Source of the DNA: an uncultured Clostridia bacterium
Lineage (GTDB): Bacteria; Bacillota; Clostridia; Christensenellales; UBA1242
Assembly (NCBI GenBank): GCA_944376825.1
Contig: CALWDY010000014.1
Span: 119,444-183,443 of the forward strand
DNA length: 64,000 nt
Reading direction: 5' to 3'
Shown here: positions 38,178 through 48,500 of the stretch, piece after piece
How the letters are laid out: each line of letters starts with the position of its first letter
Position numbering within the stretch: position 1 is the first letter of the stretch
Position numbers and translations under genes: made by a program
The notes under the pieces: model-generated
The model's database searches: none
Told to the model about the DNA's origin: nothing
Seen by the model: the letters and a program-made list of their open reading frames with translations, nothing else

Positions 38178-38753
38178 TTATTTGTCCGAAAGTGTTAAAT
38201 AATTTGCAGGATCTACTTTTTGACCATCCTTATAAAGTTCAAAATGAAGGTGATTTCCGCTTAAAAGTTCGTTTGATGCCGACTGAGACATTGTTCCAAT
38301 TTTTTCCCCAGACTTAACTTCATCAGAAATTGTAACATCGGTTTCTTCTGCAAGAGATGCATATTTACTAACAAATCCATTTTCGTGAGTAATTGTTATG
38401 ATTGTCCCATTTTCATAAGATGTTGTAACATCAGTAACAACTCCATCTAACACTGAATAAACTTCTAAATTTTCTGATGTCATGTCAATTGCCATATGAC
38501 TTTCCCATTGTTTAAGCGTTTCGTTATACATAAGTTCACTGTCGCTATACCACTTAATTACACTTGGCGAATTTACAGGCAATGAAAATACAACTGGCTT
38601 AACATCTGTTTCCACATCTTGATTTGGATTTTCTGTTGGAGTTGTTGAAAACACAACACCTAATGTAATGCCAAGTACAAGAACAAATGCCATTACATAG
38701 TATCCATATTTTTTTATAAAACCAATCACCTTTCCTTTTCTACTATTTTCCAT
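38178..38753 (-). CDS. Membrane-anchored M23/LytM-domain peptidase, SpoIIQ-like
   Basis: It has an N-terminal TM helix (YYVMAFVLVLGITLGVVF) and a LytM domain with HxxxD (HMAID) and HxH (HLHFE) zinc motifs. The probable start is MENSRK at 38753, behind GGAGGT. Its position next to spoIIID matches the clostridial spoIIQ-spoIIID neighbourhood. Confidence 0.65.
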   Translation of the reverse strand: MENSRKGKVIGFIKKYGYYVMAFVLVLGITLGVVFSTTPTENPNQDVETDVKPVVFSLPVNSPSVIKWYSDSELMYNETLKQWESHMAIDMTSENLEVYSVLDGVVTDVTTSYENGTIITITHENGFVSKYASLAEETDVTISDEVKSGEKIGTMSQSASNELLSGNHLHFELYKDGQKVDPANYLTLSDK

Positions 38754-38814
38754 TTTTACCTCCACACGAATTATTGACACATTTTTTTGTGTTATACATA
38801 TAAATTATAAAATT

Positions 38815-39333
38815 TTAATAACTTCCAAGAAGAAGTGGCGTTCCTATATAAATTTTTCCTTTGTTGTAATATCCTTGAATGTTGACCTTTTTCCCGCCAT
38901 AAGAAACACTTTTGTTAAAACTGTTAGTATACCCAACAAAATTATCATAGTTATTTTCTAATAAGGTTACATTTAATTGTTTAATAATATTGTCATATAA
39001 ATTTTTATTACCTTCAAAAACAAATGTAACTCCGCTTATATTTTTAACTGTGCTACTTATATCTTTGTATTTTTCATAATCACAAAAAATAATTTGTCCT
39101 TGACCATTATCAACAACTTCTACATTATCAAAATTTATATTTTGTTTGTTTGAAGTAAATATTTGAATTTCCAAATTATTGTATTTAGAAAAGTCAAAAT
39201 CTTTTTTAAAAAGAGAAGCCGTAAACAAAAATATACAGAGCATTAAAAAAACAATAAATTTTTTCATGTAAAATTTATTGCCAATAAAAAAAATTTTAAA
39301 CAAAAAAATCAGACAAAGCTGATTTCTTATCAT
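38815..39333 (-). CDS. Small secreted/membrane protein, possibly YwmB (DUF1779)-like
   Basis: The C-terminus KVNIQGYYNKGKIYIGTPLLLGSY resembles the YwmB family end (NLQIAL...TVGTPIVTTEY). The probable start is MKKFIVFL at 39267, with a signal-anchor helix. No clear SD for either candidate start. Confidence 0.4.
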   Translation of the reverse strand: MIRNQLCLIFLFKIFFIGNKFYMKKFIVFLMLCIFLFTASLFKKDFDFSKYNNLEIQIFTSNKQNINFDNVEVVDNGQGQIIFCDYEKYKDISSTVKNISGVTFVFEGNKNLYDNIIKQLNVTLLENNYDNFVGYTNSFNKSVSYGGKKVNIQGYYNKGKIYIGTPLLLGSY

Positions 39334-39351
39334 ATTTTTTTATGTATAAAA

Positions 39352-40551
39352 TTAAAATGCATTAACAAATCCAAATCCACCCATTAAATCAACAATAAAA
39401 TTATTTTCGCAAACATAAGGCAAAACTTTCACTGCCGTAAAAACATCACTAATTTGTGGGATTTGATAGGTGAAAATATTTTCATATTTTCTAATTATTT
39501 CAAGCATTGCATCTTGCTCTTCTATTCTTTTATTGCATTGATACAAAAACTCTTCTTTTAAATTATTTAATCTTGTTAATAGTTCTTTTTTTGTTAAAAT
39601 ATTATTAAAATAAGCAAAATTATTGATTTTTTTATAAAAAATTGAATATTTTTCTATATTTTTTGCAATTTTTGGAAAATTAGGCAATTCTAATTGTTTT
39701 ATTTTTTTTTGCAAAAACAAATTTTTATAACAAAGTAAAAGAGTTTTTGATGCAAGCAAATACGCCTCACCACTCCCCATTAATTCATTTGAATTATCAA
39801 AAATTTTTTGCATAATTGTGTAAAGATTAAAAGTTGCAAACTTAAACAAATCAATTTTGTCTAGCTCGTATGAAAGGTCAATTATAATATCCATCAAAAT
39901 CAGCTTGCTGTCCACATCCCCAGACATAATATCTTTTAATTCATTATGAAGTTTATTTATAATTCTATGCATTGCCGACAAATCATTGTGTTTGTCAAAC
40001 AATATGTTTTCTATTGTAGCCATAGCCAGCATTTCTTCCATTGCCATAACAAAAAAGATACCTTGTTTAACCATTTTTCTTGGCATTGTTTTTACAACGC
40101 TTTCGTTTATAAAAATTTTGTCTGGATAATCACATTTAAAATTTCTTGTACTGTCATATGGATTTATGCAAATGTTTGAAAAAAACGAAGAATTTGAACA
40201 AGAAGATGGACACACAATATATGGCACACAAAAAATATTGGCAAAATATTTTGCAACCATTGTTGCCCTTCCCGCCCCAAAAACCACATAAACATCAAAG
40301 TTTTCAAGAGTTAAAAGGTCACTTATTTGTTTTAATTCAAAATTTGAAAAATTATTTTTTGCAATAAAATGCTTAAAACTGCATCCAGAAAGTGATATCA
40401 TATTCATTATTTCTGTTAAATGTGCATTTACCAAACTTTTTGTAGAAATAAGCAAAATTTTTTTTCCGTTATAATTTTGGCTTAAATATTCTTTTAATTC
40501 TAAAAAGGCATTTTTTTTATATACAATTTTACTATAAAATTCGTTTTCCAT
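39352..40551 (-). CDS. Divergent glycerol-1-phosphate dehydrogenase / iron-ADH-fold protein, apparently degenerate
   Basis: 399 aa. DVYVVFGAGRATMVAKYFANIFCVPYIVCPSS aligns in pattern to the GGGxxxDxxK ... PT.aS nucleotide-binding block of the G1PDH/DHQS-like fold, but with substitutions at the Gly and Asp positions. Confidence 0.4.
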   Translation of the reverse strand: MENEFYSKIVYKKNAFLELKEYLSQNYNGKKILLISTKSLVNAHLTEIMNMISLSGCSFKHFIAKNNFSNFELKQISDLLTLENFDVYVVFGAGRATMVAKYFANIFCVPYIVCPSSCSNSSFFSNICINPYDSTRNFKCDYPDKIFINESVVKTMPRKMVKQGIFFVMAMEEMLAMATIENILFDKHNDLSAMHRIINKLHNELKDIMSGDVDSKLILMDIIIDLSYELDKIDLFKFATFNLYTIMQKIFDNSNELMGSGEAYLLASKTLLLCYKNLFLQKKIKQLELPNFPKIAKNIEKYSIFYKKINNFAYFNNILTKKELLTRLNNLKEEFLYQCNKRIEEQDAMLEIIRKYENIFTYQIPQISDVFTAVKVLPYVCENNFIVDLMGGFGFVNAF

Positions 40552-40661
40552 AACAACCTCATTCTTGTTATATCACAATTTCTTGCAAGTGTTTTTATAT
40601 TATTTTGATTTTTTTTGGCTAATAATTGTTTATTTTATAAAATTAACAGCATACTATCATT

Positions 40662-41723
40662 ATGAAAAAGTTTGCATTTATATTTTTAATGCCTTTATTA
40701 TTTATGTTTTGCAGTGGTTTTGCCAACCACGAATATGCCAATGAATTTTACTACACTTCAACAGTTGAACATTTATTCACACATTGTTTAATAGCATATC
40801 CCGACATAGCTTTTACAAAAAACAATCCAATGAGAGAAAATTACAATATAGACTGCATAACAAAAAATGAATTTACAGAAATATTAAATTCGCTTTATAA
40901 AAACAATTATGCACTTGTTGATATTAATGAAACATTTAAAAACAATAATGGCATAATTGAAAAGCAAAAAATAAAGGTTCCAGTTGGCAAAAAACCACTT
41001 ATTCTTTCTTTTGATGATGTAAATTACGACCACAAGAAAATAGGCTGTGGCATGGTGGACAAAATTATTGTTGACGATAATGGAAACTTGGCAACATCAA
41101 CATTTGTAAATGGCAAAGAAGAAATCTCTTACACTAACGAATTTATTCCACTTCTTGAAACCTTTATAGAACAACACCCATCTTTTTCCATTCGTGGTGC
41201 AAAAGGCACTTTAAATTTAACTGGTTATGATGGCATTCTTGGTTATAGAACTCAATCAAAAAATTTAGTAAACAGACAAGAAGAAATCACAAAAGTAAAG
41301 CCTGTAATAAAAAAGCTAAAAGAAAATGGATGGAATTTTGCATGTCATTCGTATGGACATTATCATATGAATAAAATTTCATATGAGCAATTTTGTGAAG
41401 AAATAGAACTTTGGCAAAATGAAGTAGAACCTCTTATTGGCAAAACAAAAGTTTATGTTTATCCATATGGAGAATGGGAAGTGTACAGTAATGGCGAAAA
41501 ATCCAAAAAACACAAAGAACTTGAAGCCGCTGGCTTTGAATTATTTTGTGGTGTAGGAATGAAAACTTTTTATTCTTATCTCCCATCAAAAAATCCGGAA
41601 AAGGTTTTGTTTATGGATAGAAAAGTTATAGATGGCACAACTCTTAGAAAAAAAGATGCTAATTTGTATCCATTTTTTAATCCTGAAATGGTTTACGATT
41701 ACAAATTTAGACCTTCGGCATAA
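40662..41723 (+). CDS. Secreted polysaccharide deacetylase (NodB-type) family protein
   Basis: It has an N-terminal signal sequence, an LILSFDDVNYD motif (D-D) and a CHSYGHYH motif (HSxxH). Confidence 0.6.
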   Translation: MKKFAFIFLMPLLFMFCSGFANHEYANEFYYTSTVEHLFTHCLIAYPDIAFTKNNPMRENYNIDCITKNEFTEILNSLYKNNYALVDINETFKNNNGIIEKQKIKVPVGKKPLILSFDDVNYDHKKIGCGMVDKIIVDDNGNLATSTFVNGKEEISYTNEFIPLLETFIEQHPSFSIRGAKGTLNLTGYDGILGYRTQSKNLVNRQEEITKVKPVIKKLKENGWNFACHSYGHYHMNKISYEQFCEEIELWQNEVEPLIGKTKVYVYPYGEWEVYSNGEKSKKHKELEAAGFELFCGVGMKTFYSYLPSKNPEKVLFMDRKVIDGTTLRKKDANLYPFFNPEMVYDYKFRPSA

Positions 41724-42211
41724 AACAATTCTACAATAATGTTAACATAATAGATTTTATTTTTATTAAGAGATATTTCATCTGCAAGTTTAATTTCACT
41801 TGCCATCCCAACAGTTTGATTTTGATAAATTTGATCTTTAAAATAATAATAATTATCATTTTCATCCAATTCCCACAAATCAAATCCGCTTATGGCAACA
41901 TTACCATCGCCAAGAAGAACTTTTGCTCTTAAAACTAAATTTGTGGTATCTATATTAGGTAAAGTAATTTGAATGTTCTGCTTTATGGTATCATTTGGCA
42001 AACTTGCACCGCTGATTGCCAATGCCTTACTCTGTGCCCCGGTTGAGTTTAATTTTATTATAACATCATCTCCAACAACAGCATTTAAATTCATTAAATT
42101 ATCAAATTTAAATCCGCCCATAAAATTATAAATAGCACTTATAGCCAACAAAATAGACAAAACGCAAATGGCAAAGATATAATTTCGTTTAATATTTTTA
42201 GTCATTATCAC
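41699..42211 (-). CDS. Hypothetical membrane-anchored protein
   Basis: 170 aa with a single N-terminal TM helix (YIFAICVLSILLAISAIY) and no recognisable motif. Its 3' end overlaps the convergent deacetylase gene by 25 nt. Confidence 0.45.
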   Translation of the reverse strand: MIMTKNIKRNYIFAICVLSILLAISAIYNFMGGFKFDNLMNLNAVVGDDVIIKLNSTGAQSKALAISGASLPNDTIKQNIQITLPNIDTTNLVLRAKVLLGDGNVAISGFDLWELDENDNYYYFKDQIYQNQTVGMASEIKLADEISLNKNKIYYVNIIVELFYAEGLNL

Positions 42212-42300
42212 CTCACTAAATTTTTAACATAAAGCAAAAAATTAAACCTTTATAGAAATTAAAAAATTTGATAATACAACTTAAAACAAATTAAATTATA

Positions 42301-42327
42301 AAAAAAACCTTAAATTAAGGTTTTTTT
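42301..42327 (-). terminator. Candidate terminator overlapping the stop of the 464-aa membrane protein gene
   Basis: AAAAAAACCTTAAATTAAGGTTTTTTT palindrome: a CCTT/AAGG core with A7/T7 extensions. Confidence 0.4.
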
Positions 42328-43709
42328 AACATTTTTTTCTTTTTTCTTTGTTTGTTATATTTTTTTATTTGTTCTTCTTTAAACAATGCACTTTCCGTTT
42401 CAAGTTCCCATTTTTTTTGAAGCCACTTAAATTTTCTATTCCCCACAAAATAGTCATAAATAATAATGCTTATTCCTTGCAAGATAAAAATATAATATGT
42501 CATAAATCTCCAAAACAAAAGTCCCCAGAACACAGTCCCTTCCGGAAACACAGTTGCATATACAACAGTAAATGAAATTTCATTCATTCCCGACCCTCCG
42601 GGAATTGGTATTATACTTGAACCAAGTTCTATTATTACACCAAAAACCAACATATTTGCCCAAACGCTATAATCTGTTCCGCCAAGCATAAGATATATCA
42701 CATAAGGCATTGTGTATATTAGTATATAAATTAAAATTGATATAAACAGTGTGTATATAAAAAACCATTTGTTTTTTGCATATGTTGTCATTGTATTTTG
42801 ATAGCTAACAACAACTTTCATAACTTTATCATATTGTTTTTCATAATTTTTTACAATATGCATTTTTTGTAAAACCCTTAAAACTTTTACAACCAATTTA
42901 TTACCTAATCTTTTGCTCATGGAAAGAATTAAGCAAATTGACAATAATGTTACATTAATTGTAAACCCTAAAAGTCCAATAATTAGAACAACACTTAGGT
43001 CCATAACATTTGTAAAGATAATACATATAACAGCTATCAATCCTATAATCATCCAGGACATTTGGGAAACTACATATCTAGCCATAGGCACAGAAATAGA
43101 CGAACTTGCATCAAGCCCCCTATGACTCATATAAAATATTTGAGATGGTTCACCACCTGACGACATAGGGGTTATGTTGTCGTAATATCGACCTACGGCA
43201 CACATTTTATAGCACAAATAAGGTCTTGATCTGTTGCCTGATTTTTTTAAAAACAAGTTTGTTCTATAAGCATCAAGAATCATTACAACTGCAAAAATAA
43301 TCAAAAGTATTGGCAAGAAATAAAAGCTTAGCCCCTTTAACTCTGAAAAGGAAGATATATTTTCATGCGTAATTTGATAATATAAAATGCCACAAACAAC
43401 AACAATATTTATTATAAAAAATATAGCATTCCATATTTTCTTTTTTTTGCCTTTTTGTTTAGAAACGCTTTGCTCTGCATCTTCTAGTTGTTCTTGTTCT
43501 GTGTAATTTAAATTTTCAATTTCATTGTTAATTTCATTGTTAATTTTTTTTGTATTTGTTAAATCTAGCTTTAATTGCTCTGCGCTAGTTTTCGCAGTAT
43601 CAATATTATGTCTTTTTTTACACAAAAAAATTTGGGTTGTTTTGCCCATTTTTAAAGAACTATTAGAATTTTTTAATACAAATTTTTTCATGCTTTTCAA
43701 TTGTACCAA
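42315..43709 (-). CDS. Polytopic membrane protein of the lysylphosphatidylglycerol-synthase TM-region / UPF0104 (flippase-like) family
   Basis: It has a charged N-terminal region followed by about 8 hydrophobic helices. The IPIPGGSGMNEISF motif is characteristic of this family. Confidence 0.55.
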   Translation of the reverse strand: MVQLKSMKKFVLKNSNSSLKMGKTTQIFLCKKRHNIDTAKTSAEQLKLDLTNTKKINNEINNEIENLNYTEQEQLEDAEQSVSKQKGKKKKIWNAIFFIINIVVVCGILYYQITHENISSFSELKGLSFYFLPILLIIFAVVMILDAYRTNLFLKKSGNRSRPYLCYKMCAVGRYYDNITPMSSGGEPSQIFYMSHRGLDASSSISVPMARYVVSQMSWMIIGLIAVICIIFTNVMDLSVVLIIGLLGFTINVTLLSICLILSMSKRLGNKLVVKVLRVLQKMHIVKNYEKQYDKVMKVVVSYQNTMTTYAKNKWFFIYTLFISILIYILIYTMPYVIYLMLGGTDYSVWANMLVFGVIIELGSSIIPIPGGSGMNEISFTVVYATVFPEGTVFWGLLFWRFMTYYIFILQGISIIIYDYFVGNRKFKWLQKKWELETESALFKEEQIKKYNKQRKKKKMLKKP

Positions 43710-43758
43710 AATAATATATAATTGTAAAGATTATTTATTATTGACATTATAAAAAAAA

Positions 43759-43776
43759 AGCATGCTTTTTCATGCT
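43759..43776 (-). terminator. Rho-independent terminator after the PPIase lipoprotein gene
   Basis: AGCATG/CATGCT stem with a 6-nt loop, followed on the minus strand by a U8 tract. It lies 7 nt downstream of the stop at 43783. Confidence 0.5.
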
Positions 43777-43782
43777 ATTTTT

Positions 43783-45447
43783 TTATAAGTTTTCATATAC
43801 ACTTTTATGTTTTTCTATTTTTATATCCTTTTTCAAAACATTCAAGTTCATGTTTTCAAAAATAGAATAATTATCTTCACTTAAAAGTTCAAAAACTTTA
43901 TGAAAAACTGTTTTATTGTTAAGTGCACTTAATTTTGCATTTGTTAATACTTCAATATCGCTATCATTTAATGTAAATGTTGAAACATCAGTTACTGTAA
44001 ACAAATTCTCAACCTTTCCACCATAGAATAATATATGCACACCATATTCAGAAGCAACAAGTTTTGTGCTTATTGAACCAAACACTCCGTTCTCATTTAA
44101 CTTTCTTGCATCTTCTGTGAAACTTTCAACCATTTGACTTGACTCTGTTCCTACAACATACATATATTCAGCATTAACAGTTCCTGTATCTTCGCTAAAT
44201 TTATACATATAGTCTCTAAAAATTTCTGCTTTTTCTTCATCGGTTTTTGCAATTTCAAGATCTAATGTCAAATCCATAAGAACTTTGCTTGCACTAACAG
44301 TTTCACCTGTTTGCTCTCCATTTTCGTTTCTTACTTTTGCTTGTACCTGATTTGCAAGTTCAACAAGTTTTTCTTCATATACCTTTTTTGATATATATCC
44401 GTTTTCGTATTCTGTTTTTAAATTATCATATTGTTGTTTTTGACTCAACTGCCCTGGCACACTTGTTTCATCATATTTCATTAAAATGTGTGATACAAAG
44501 AAATAGTTATCATCAACAACATAGTAAACATCTTTAAACGATTCTAGCATTGCTTTATCATAATTTTCAGCATTTGCTTCGTATTTAAATTTTGATTGAA
44601 GTAACAAAGATTTATATTTATTTAAAACTTGACCAACTGAAATAGTTGAATAACCTTCCTCAGTTTTATAATATTTTTCCAAATTTGTGATATAAAAGTT
44701 TTCTTCTGTGCTTTTGTATAATTTTTCAACATATCTTTCTAGAATGCTATCATAGTCAGTTGAAAGATTAAGATTTTGCTCGTTCTTTTTGAGTACTGTT
44801 AAAAATCTTCTGTATGCCTCTTTTCTTATTTTTGTATTAGTTGTATTGTCATTATAATTCGCAAAGTTTTTAAATTGTTCTATCACTGCTTCAAGTGATG
44901 CAAAATTTGTTGTTTGTTTGTCTTCCGTTGTGTCTAATAATTTTATTTTATATTGACCATCAACAAATACAACTTCTGCTGTTGGAACATATTCTTCATA
45001 TAAAACAATGTCTGTTTCTTCATCTTCTGGCGAAGTTGGTTCATCCATTCCCCACTCTTCACGAACTTCGGTTTCGTATGTTTCCAAGTTGGATTTAAGT
45101 GAAGTGTAAACATCATCATATATTTCTTTTTTGTCATCTTCACTTATTGTTATAACACTTTTTGCATGGTTTAAAAGAACATACCTATTTATTAAAACTT
45201 CAATAGTTTGCTCTGCCGCCTCTTCGTATGTTGAACCATTTTGCACCAAACTAGAACCATAACTATTAAATGCATTTATATATGCTTCTGTGGTTATTTC
45301 TTCTTTTTTGCCATCGGCGTATGTTAATGTGCAAACTGATTTGTTTAAGTATGCAGTATAATTTTTGGGAAACAAATCGCACCCACTTAACATAACAACA
45401 AATGCTAACAGCAAACATAATACTAAACTTGATAATTTTCTTTTCAC
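43783..45447 (-). CDS. PrsA/SurA-like lipoprotein with a PpiC (parvulin)-type peptidyl-prolyl isomerase domain
   Basis: The signal peptide ends in the lipobox MLSGC. The parvulin-like blocks are SHILMKY ... KFSEDTG ... MVESFTEDARKL ... SEYGVHILFY. Its position directly downstream of mfd matches other Clostridia. Confidence 0.6.
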   Translation of the reverse strand: MKRKLSSLVLCLLLAFVVMLSGCDLFPKNYTAYLNKSVCTLTYADGKKEEITTEAYINAFNSYGSSLVQNGSTYEEAAEQTIEVLINRYVLLNHAKSVITISEDDKKEIYDDVYTSLKSNLETYETEVREEWGMDEPTSPEDEETDIVLYEEYVPTAEVVFVDGQYKIKLLDTTEDKQTTNFASLEAVIEQFKNFANYNDNTTNTKIRKEAYRRFLTVLKKNEQNLNLSTDYDSILERYVEKLYKSTEENFYITNLEKYYKTEEGYSTISVGQVLNKYKSLLLQSKFKYEANAENYDKAMLESFKDVYYVVDDNYFFVSHILMKYDETSVPGQLSQKQQYDNLKTEYENGYISKKVYEEKLVELANQVQAKVRNENGEQTGETVSASKVLMDLTLDLEIAKTDEEKAEIFRDYMYKFSEDTGTVNAEYMYVVGTESSQMVESFTEDARKLNENGVFGSISTKLVASEYGVHILFYGGKVENLFTVTDVSTFTLNDSDIEVLTNAKLSALNNKTVFHKVFELLSEDNYSIFENMNLNVLKKDIKIEKHKSVYENL

Positions 45448-45509
45448 AATTATTTCTCCAATTTAACTAAGTTATTATATATTATAAAAAATTAAAAATC
45501 AATTAAAAA

Positions 45510-48500
45510 CTAATTATTTGTAGCACTTACTAAAAAATTAATTACAAAATCTAATTTTTCTTGCATCGACATACTTTTTAAATTTAAAACAATTATTGGC
45601 ACATCTTCAAATTTTAAAACACATATATCTTTATGTTTGTTAATTGTTTCAGCACATTTAGGTGAGATAATTTCTTCCTTTTTATAAAGGTATATTTTTG
45701 TATTAATAGCATCGCATACAATTCTTTTTGCTTCAAGTTTAACGCATAGATTTTTTATCAACGCTATTTTAAACAAATTCAAAAGTTCTTTTGGCAATTG
45801 ACCAAATGCTTCAAATGTAGATTTTTTCAACTCTTCAAGTTGCATTGGCGAAGATATCTCGCTTATTTGTGAATATAATTTAATTCTTTCACTATCACCT
45901 TTAACATACTCATCAGGAAGAAATGCCGGGCATGAAATATCAACTTTAAGTGGCAATTCTTCTTTTTTCTTTTTGCCTTTTAGTTCGCTTACTGCTTCTT
46001 CTAGAAGTTTACAATACATTTCATATCCAACCTTTTCCATATGTCCATGTTGTTCTTTTCCAAGTACATTGCCTGCGCCCCTAATTTCCAAATCTCTCAT
46101 TGCAATTTTAAATCCACTGCCGAGTTCTGTAAACTCCAATATAGCATCAAGCCTTTTATACGCATCTTGCGAAAGTACTTTTGTTGGATTATAGGTAAAA
46201 TAGGCATATGCAAGTCTATCACTTCTTCCAATTCTTCCCTTTAATTGATACAACTGCGAAAGTCCAAGTCTATCTGCATCAATCACAATTAAAGTGTTTG
46301 CCATTGGCAAATCTATACCATTTTCAATTAATGTTGTTGCAACTAAAATATCAAACTCGCCATTATAGAGTTTCAAAATAACATCTTCCAAAATCTTCTC
46401 TGGCATTTGACCATGAGCAACCCCAATTCTTGCGTTTGGCAACAACTCACCAATTTTTTTAGCAAAATCATATATTTTTTCCACGCTATTATAAACAATT
46501 AAAACTTGACCCTGCCGAGATATCTCTCTATTACAAGCATCTACAATAAGCACTTCACTTTCTTCAAGCACATAAGTTTGCACAGGTAAACGATTTTTGG
46601 GTGGAGTTTCAATTATGGAAATATCTCTTATACCCGTCATTGCCATATTTAATGTTCTTGGTATTGGTGTAGCACTTAGTGTTAAAACATCTATATCTTT
46701 TTTAAGATTTTTTATTTTTTCTTTATCAGCAACACCAAATCTATGTTCTTCGTCTAATATTAAAAGTCCCAAATCTTTAAAAACAACATCATTAGATAGT
46801 AGCCTATGCGTGCCAATTAAAATATCAATTTTACCGTCTTTTAAATCTTTCAAAATTTGTACTTGTTCTTGTTTTGTTTTAAATCTGTTTAAAACTTGCA
46901 CATTACACATAAAATCTTTTGTACGCTTTACCGTTGTTTTATAGTGCTGAATAGAAAGAATTGTTGTTGGACACAAAAAGGCAACTTGTTTTCCTTCTAA
47001 AACAACTTGATAGGCAGCCCTAAGTGCAACTTCTGTTTTCCCATATCCAACATCACCACAAATAAGCCTGTCCATAATCTTTGAAGAATACAAATCTTTT
47101 TTTATGTCGTTCACTGCTTCGTTTTGGTCATATGTCAAATCATACTCAAAAGCATTTTCAAACTCTTCCATAAGATACGAACCTTTTTCATATCTGTGTC
47201 CCTTTAACTTTTCTCTTTCTGCATATAATTTTGAAAGGTCAAATGCAAGTTGTTTAACACTTTGTTTTACTCGCTCTTTTATTTTTGAGAATTCAAGTCC
47301 ACCAATTTTATTTAAGTTTGGCTTTTTGTCACTCCCCATAAAAGCAGAAATCAAATTTGTCTGCTCTGTTGGAACATATAAAACATCTCCGCCTTTATAT
47401 TCCAAAATAAAGTAGTCTTTTTCAAACCCGTTAAGATTTAATTTTTTTATATCAATGCACTTACCAATCCCATGAACTTCATGCACAACATATTCACCAA
47501 TTTTCGGCAAATACAATTTTGTTGATTTCTTTAAAGTTACACTTTGAGTTTTTGTTCTTTTTACAAGGTCGTTTGTACCAATAAAAATTATGCCTGATTC
47601 CAAAAAACTTGCAGAAAGTTCCAAATAGTCATCTAGCAAAATAACTTGTGCTTTATTATTGTTTTTGTATTCCAATTGATAATTAACATTGTTAGAAAGT
47701 AAAAATGTTCCTATGCTATTTAAACTTGTTTTAGATCCACAAAACAAAAACACTTTATAATTTGAAGACAAATAAATATTTATATCACTGCAAAGTGCTT
47801 TGTAATCAAAAACATATTTTCTTGTGCCGATAGTTCTAAAATGAATTGTTTTTTCAGTTTTTAAAAATGAATTATTATAATTATCAAATAAGCAATATTT
47901 ATTTATTTTTAAAATGTCTTTTAATTCACAATTAAATTTACTGTGAATTGGCAATAATTCACCATTTCTAATTAAATTATTTATACTATCTAAATTATTA
48001 TTGTAAATTAAATTAAAATCATCAAAAATCTTTTTAGGTTCATCGAAATATATTAAATTATCACTAAATAATGATAATAAATTATCATTAAAATTAAAAA
48101 ATGGTAAAATAAAAGCATTATTTATTGGCAATGAATTATTTTCAAAATTAACTAAATAATATGATTTTATATCATTTATTTTTGAATAATTATCATTATT
48201 TATTTTTATTTTTTTTATTTCATTATTAAAATTTTCAATTATTGCATTTTTATTTTCATCAAAAATAAAAATTGTTGCTGGATAAAATATTGCTTCATTT
48301 AACTCGCCATACGATTTCATACTATCCAAACTAAATCGAGATATTTTTTCAAGATTATCCCCAAAAAAATCTAGTCTTATTGGATTATTTGCGTTTATTG
48401 GAAAGATATCAACAATATCTCCCCTCACAGAAAACTCGCCTTTTTTTGTTGCGTATTCATTTCTTTTATAACCAATTTTTGTAAGCGTATATTCAATATT

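Noticed and set aside
41699-41723. The 25-nt convergent overlap of the deacetylase gene and the 170-aa gene, and the 8-nt overlap of the XRE and M1 peptidase genes at 51665..51672, as antisense regulatory devices
   Set aside because: Short 3'-end overlaps are common in compact AT-rich genomes, and there is no additional structure or conservation evidence available here.
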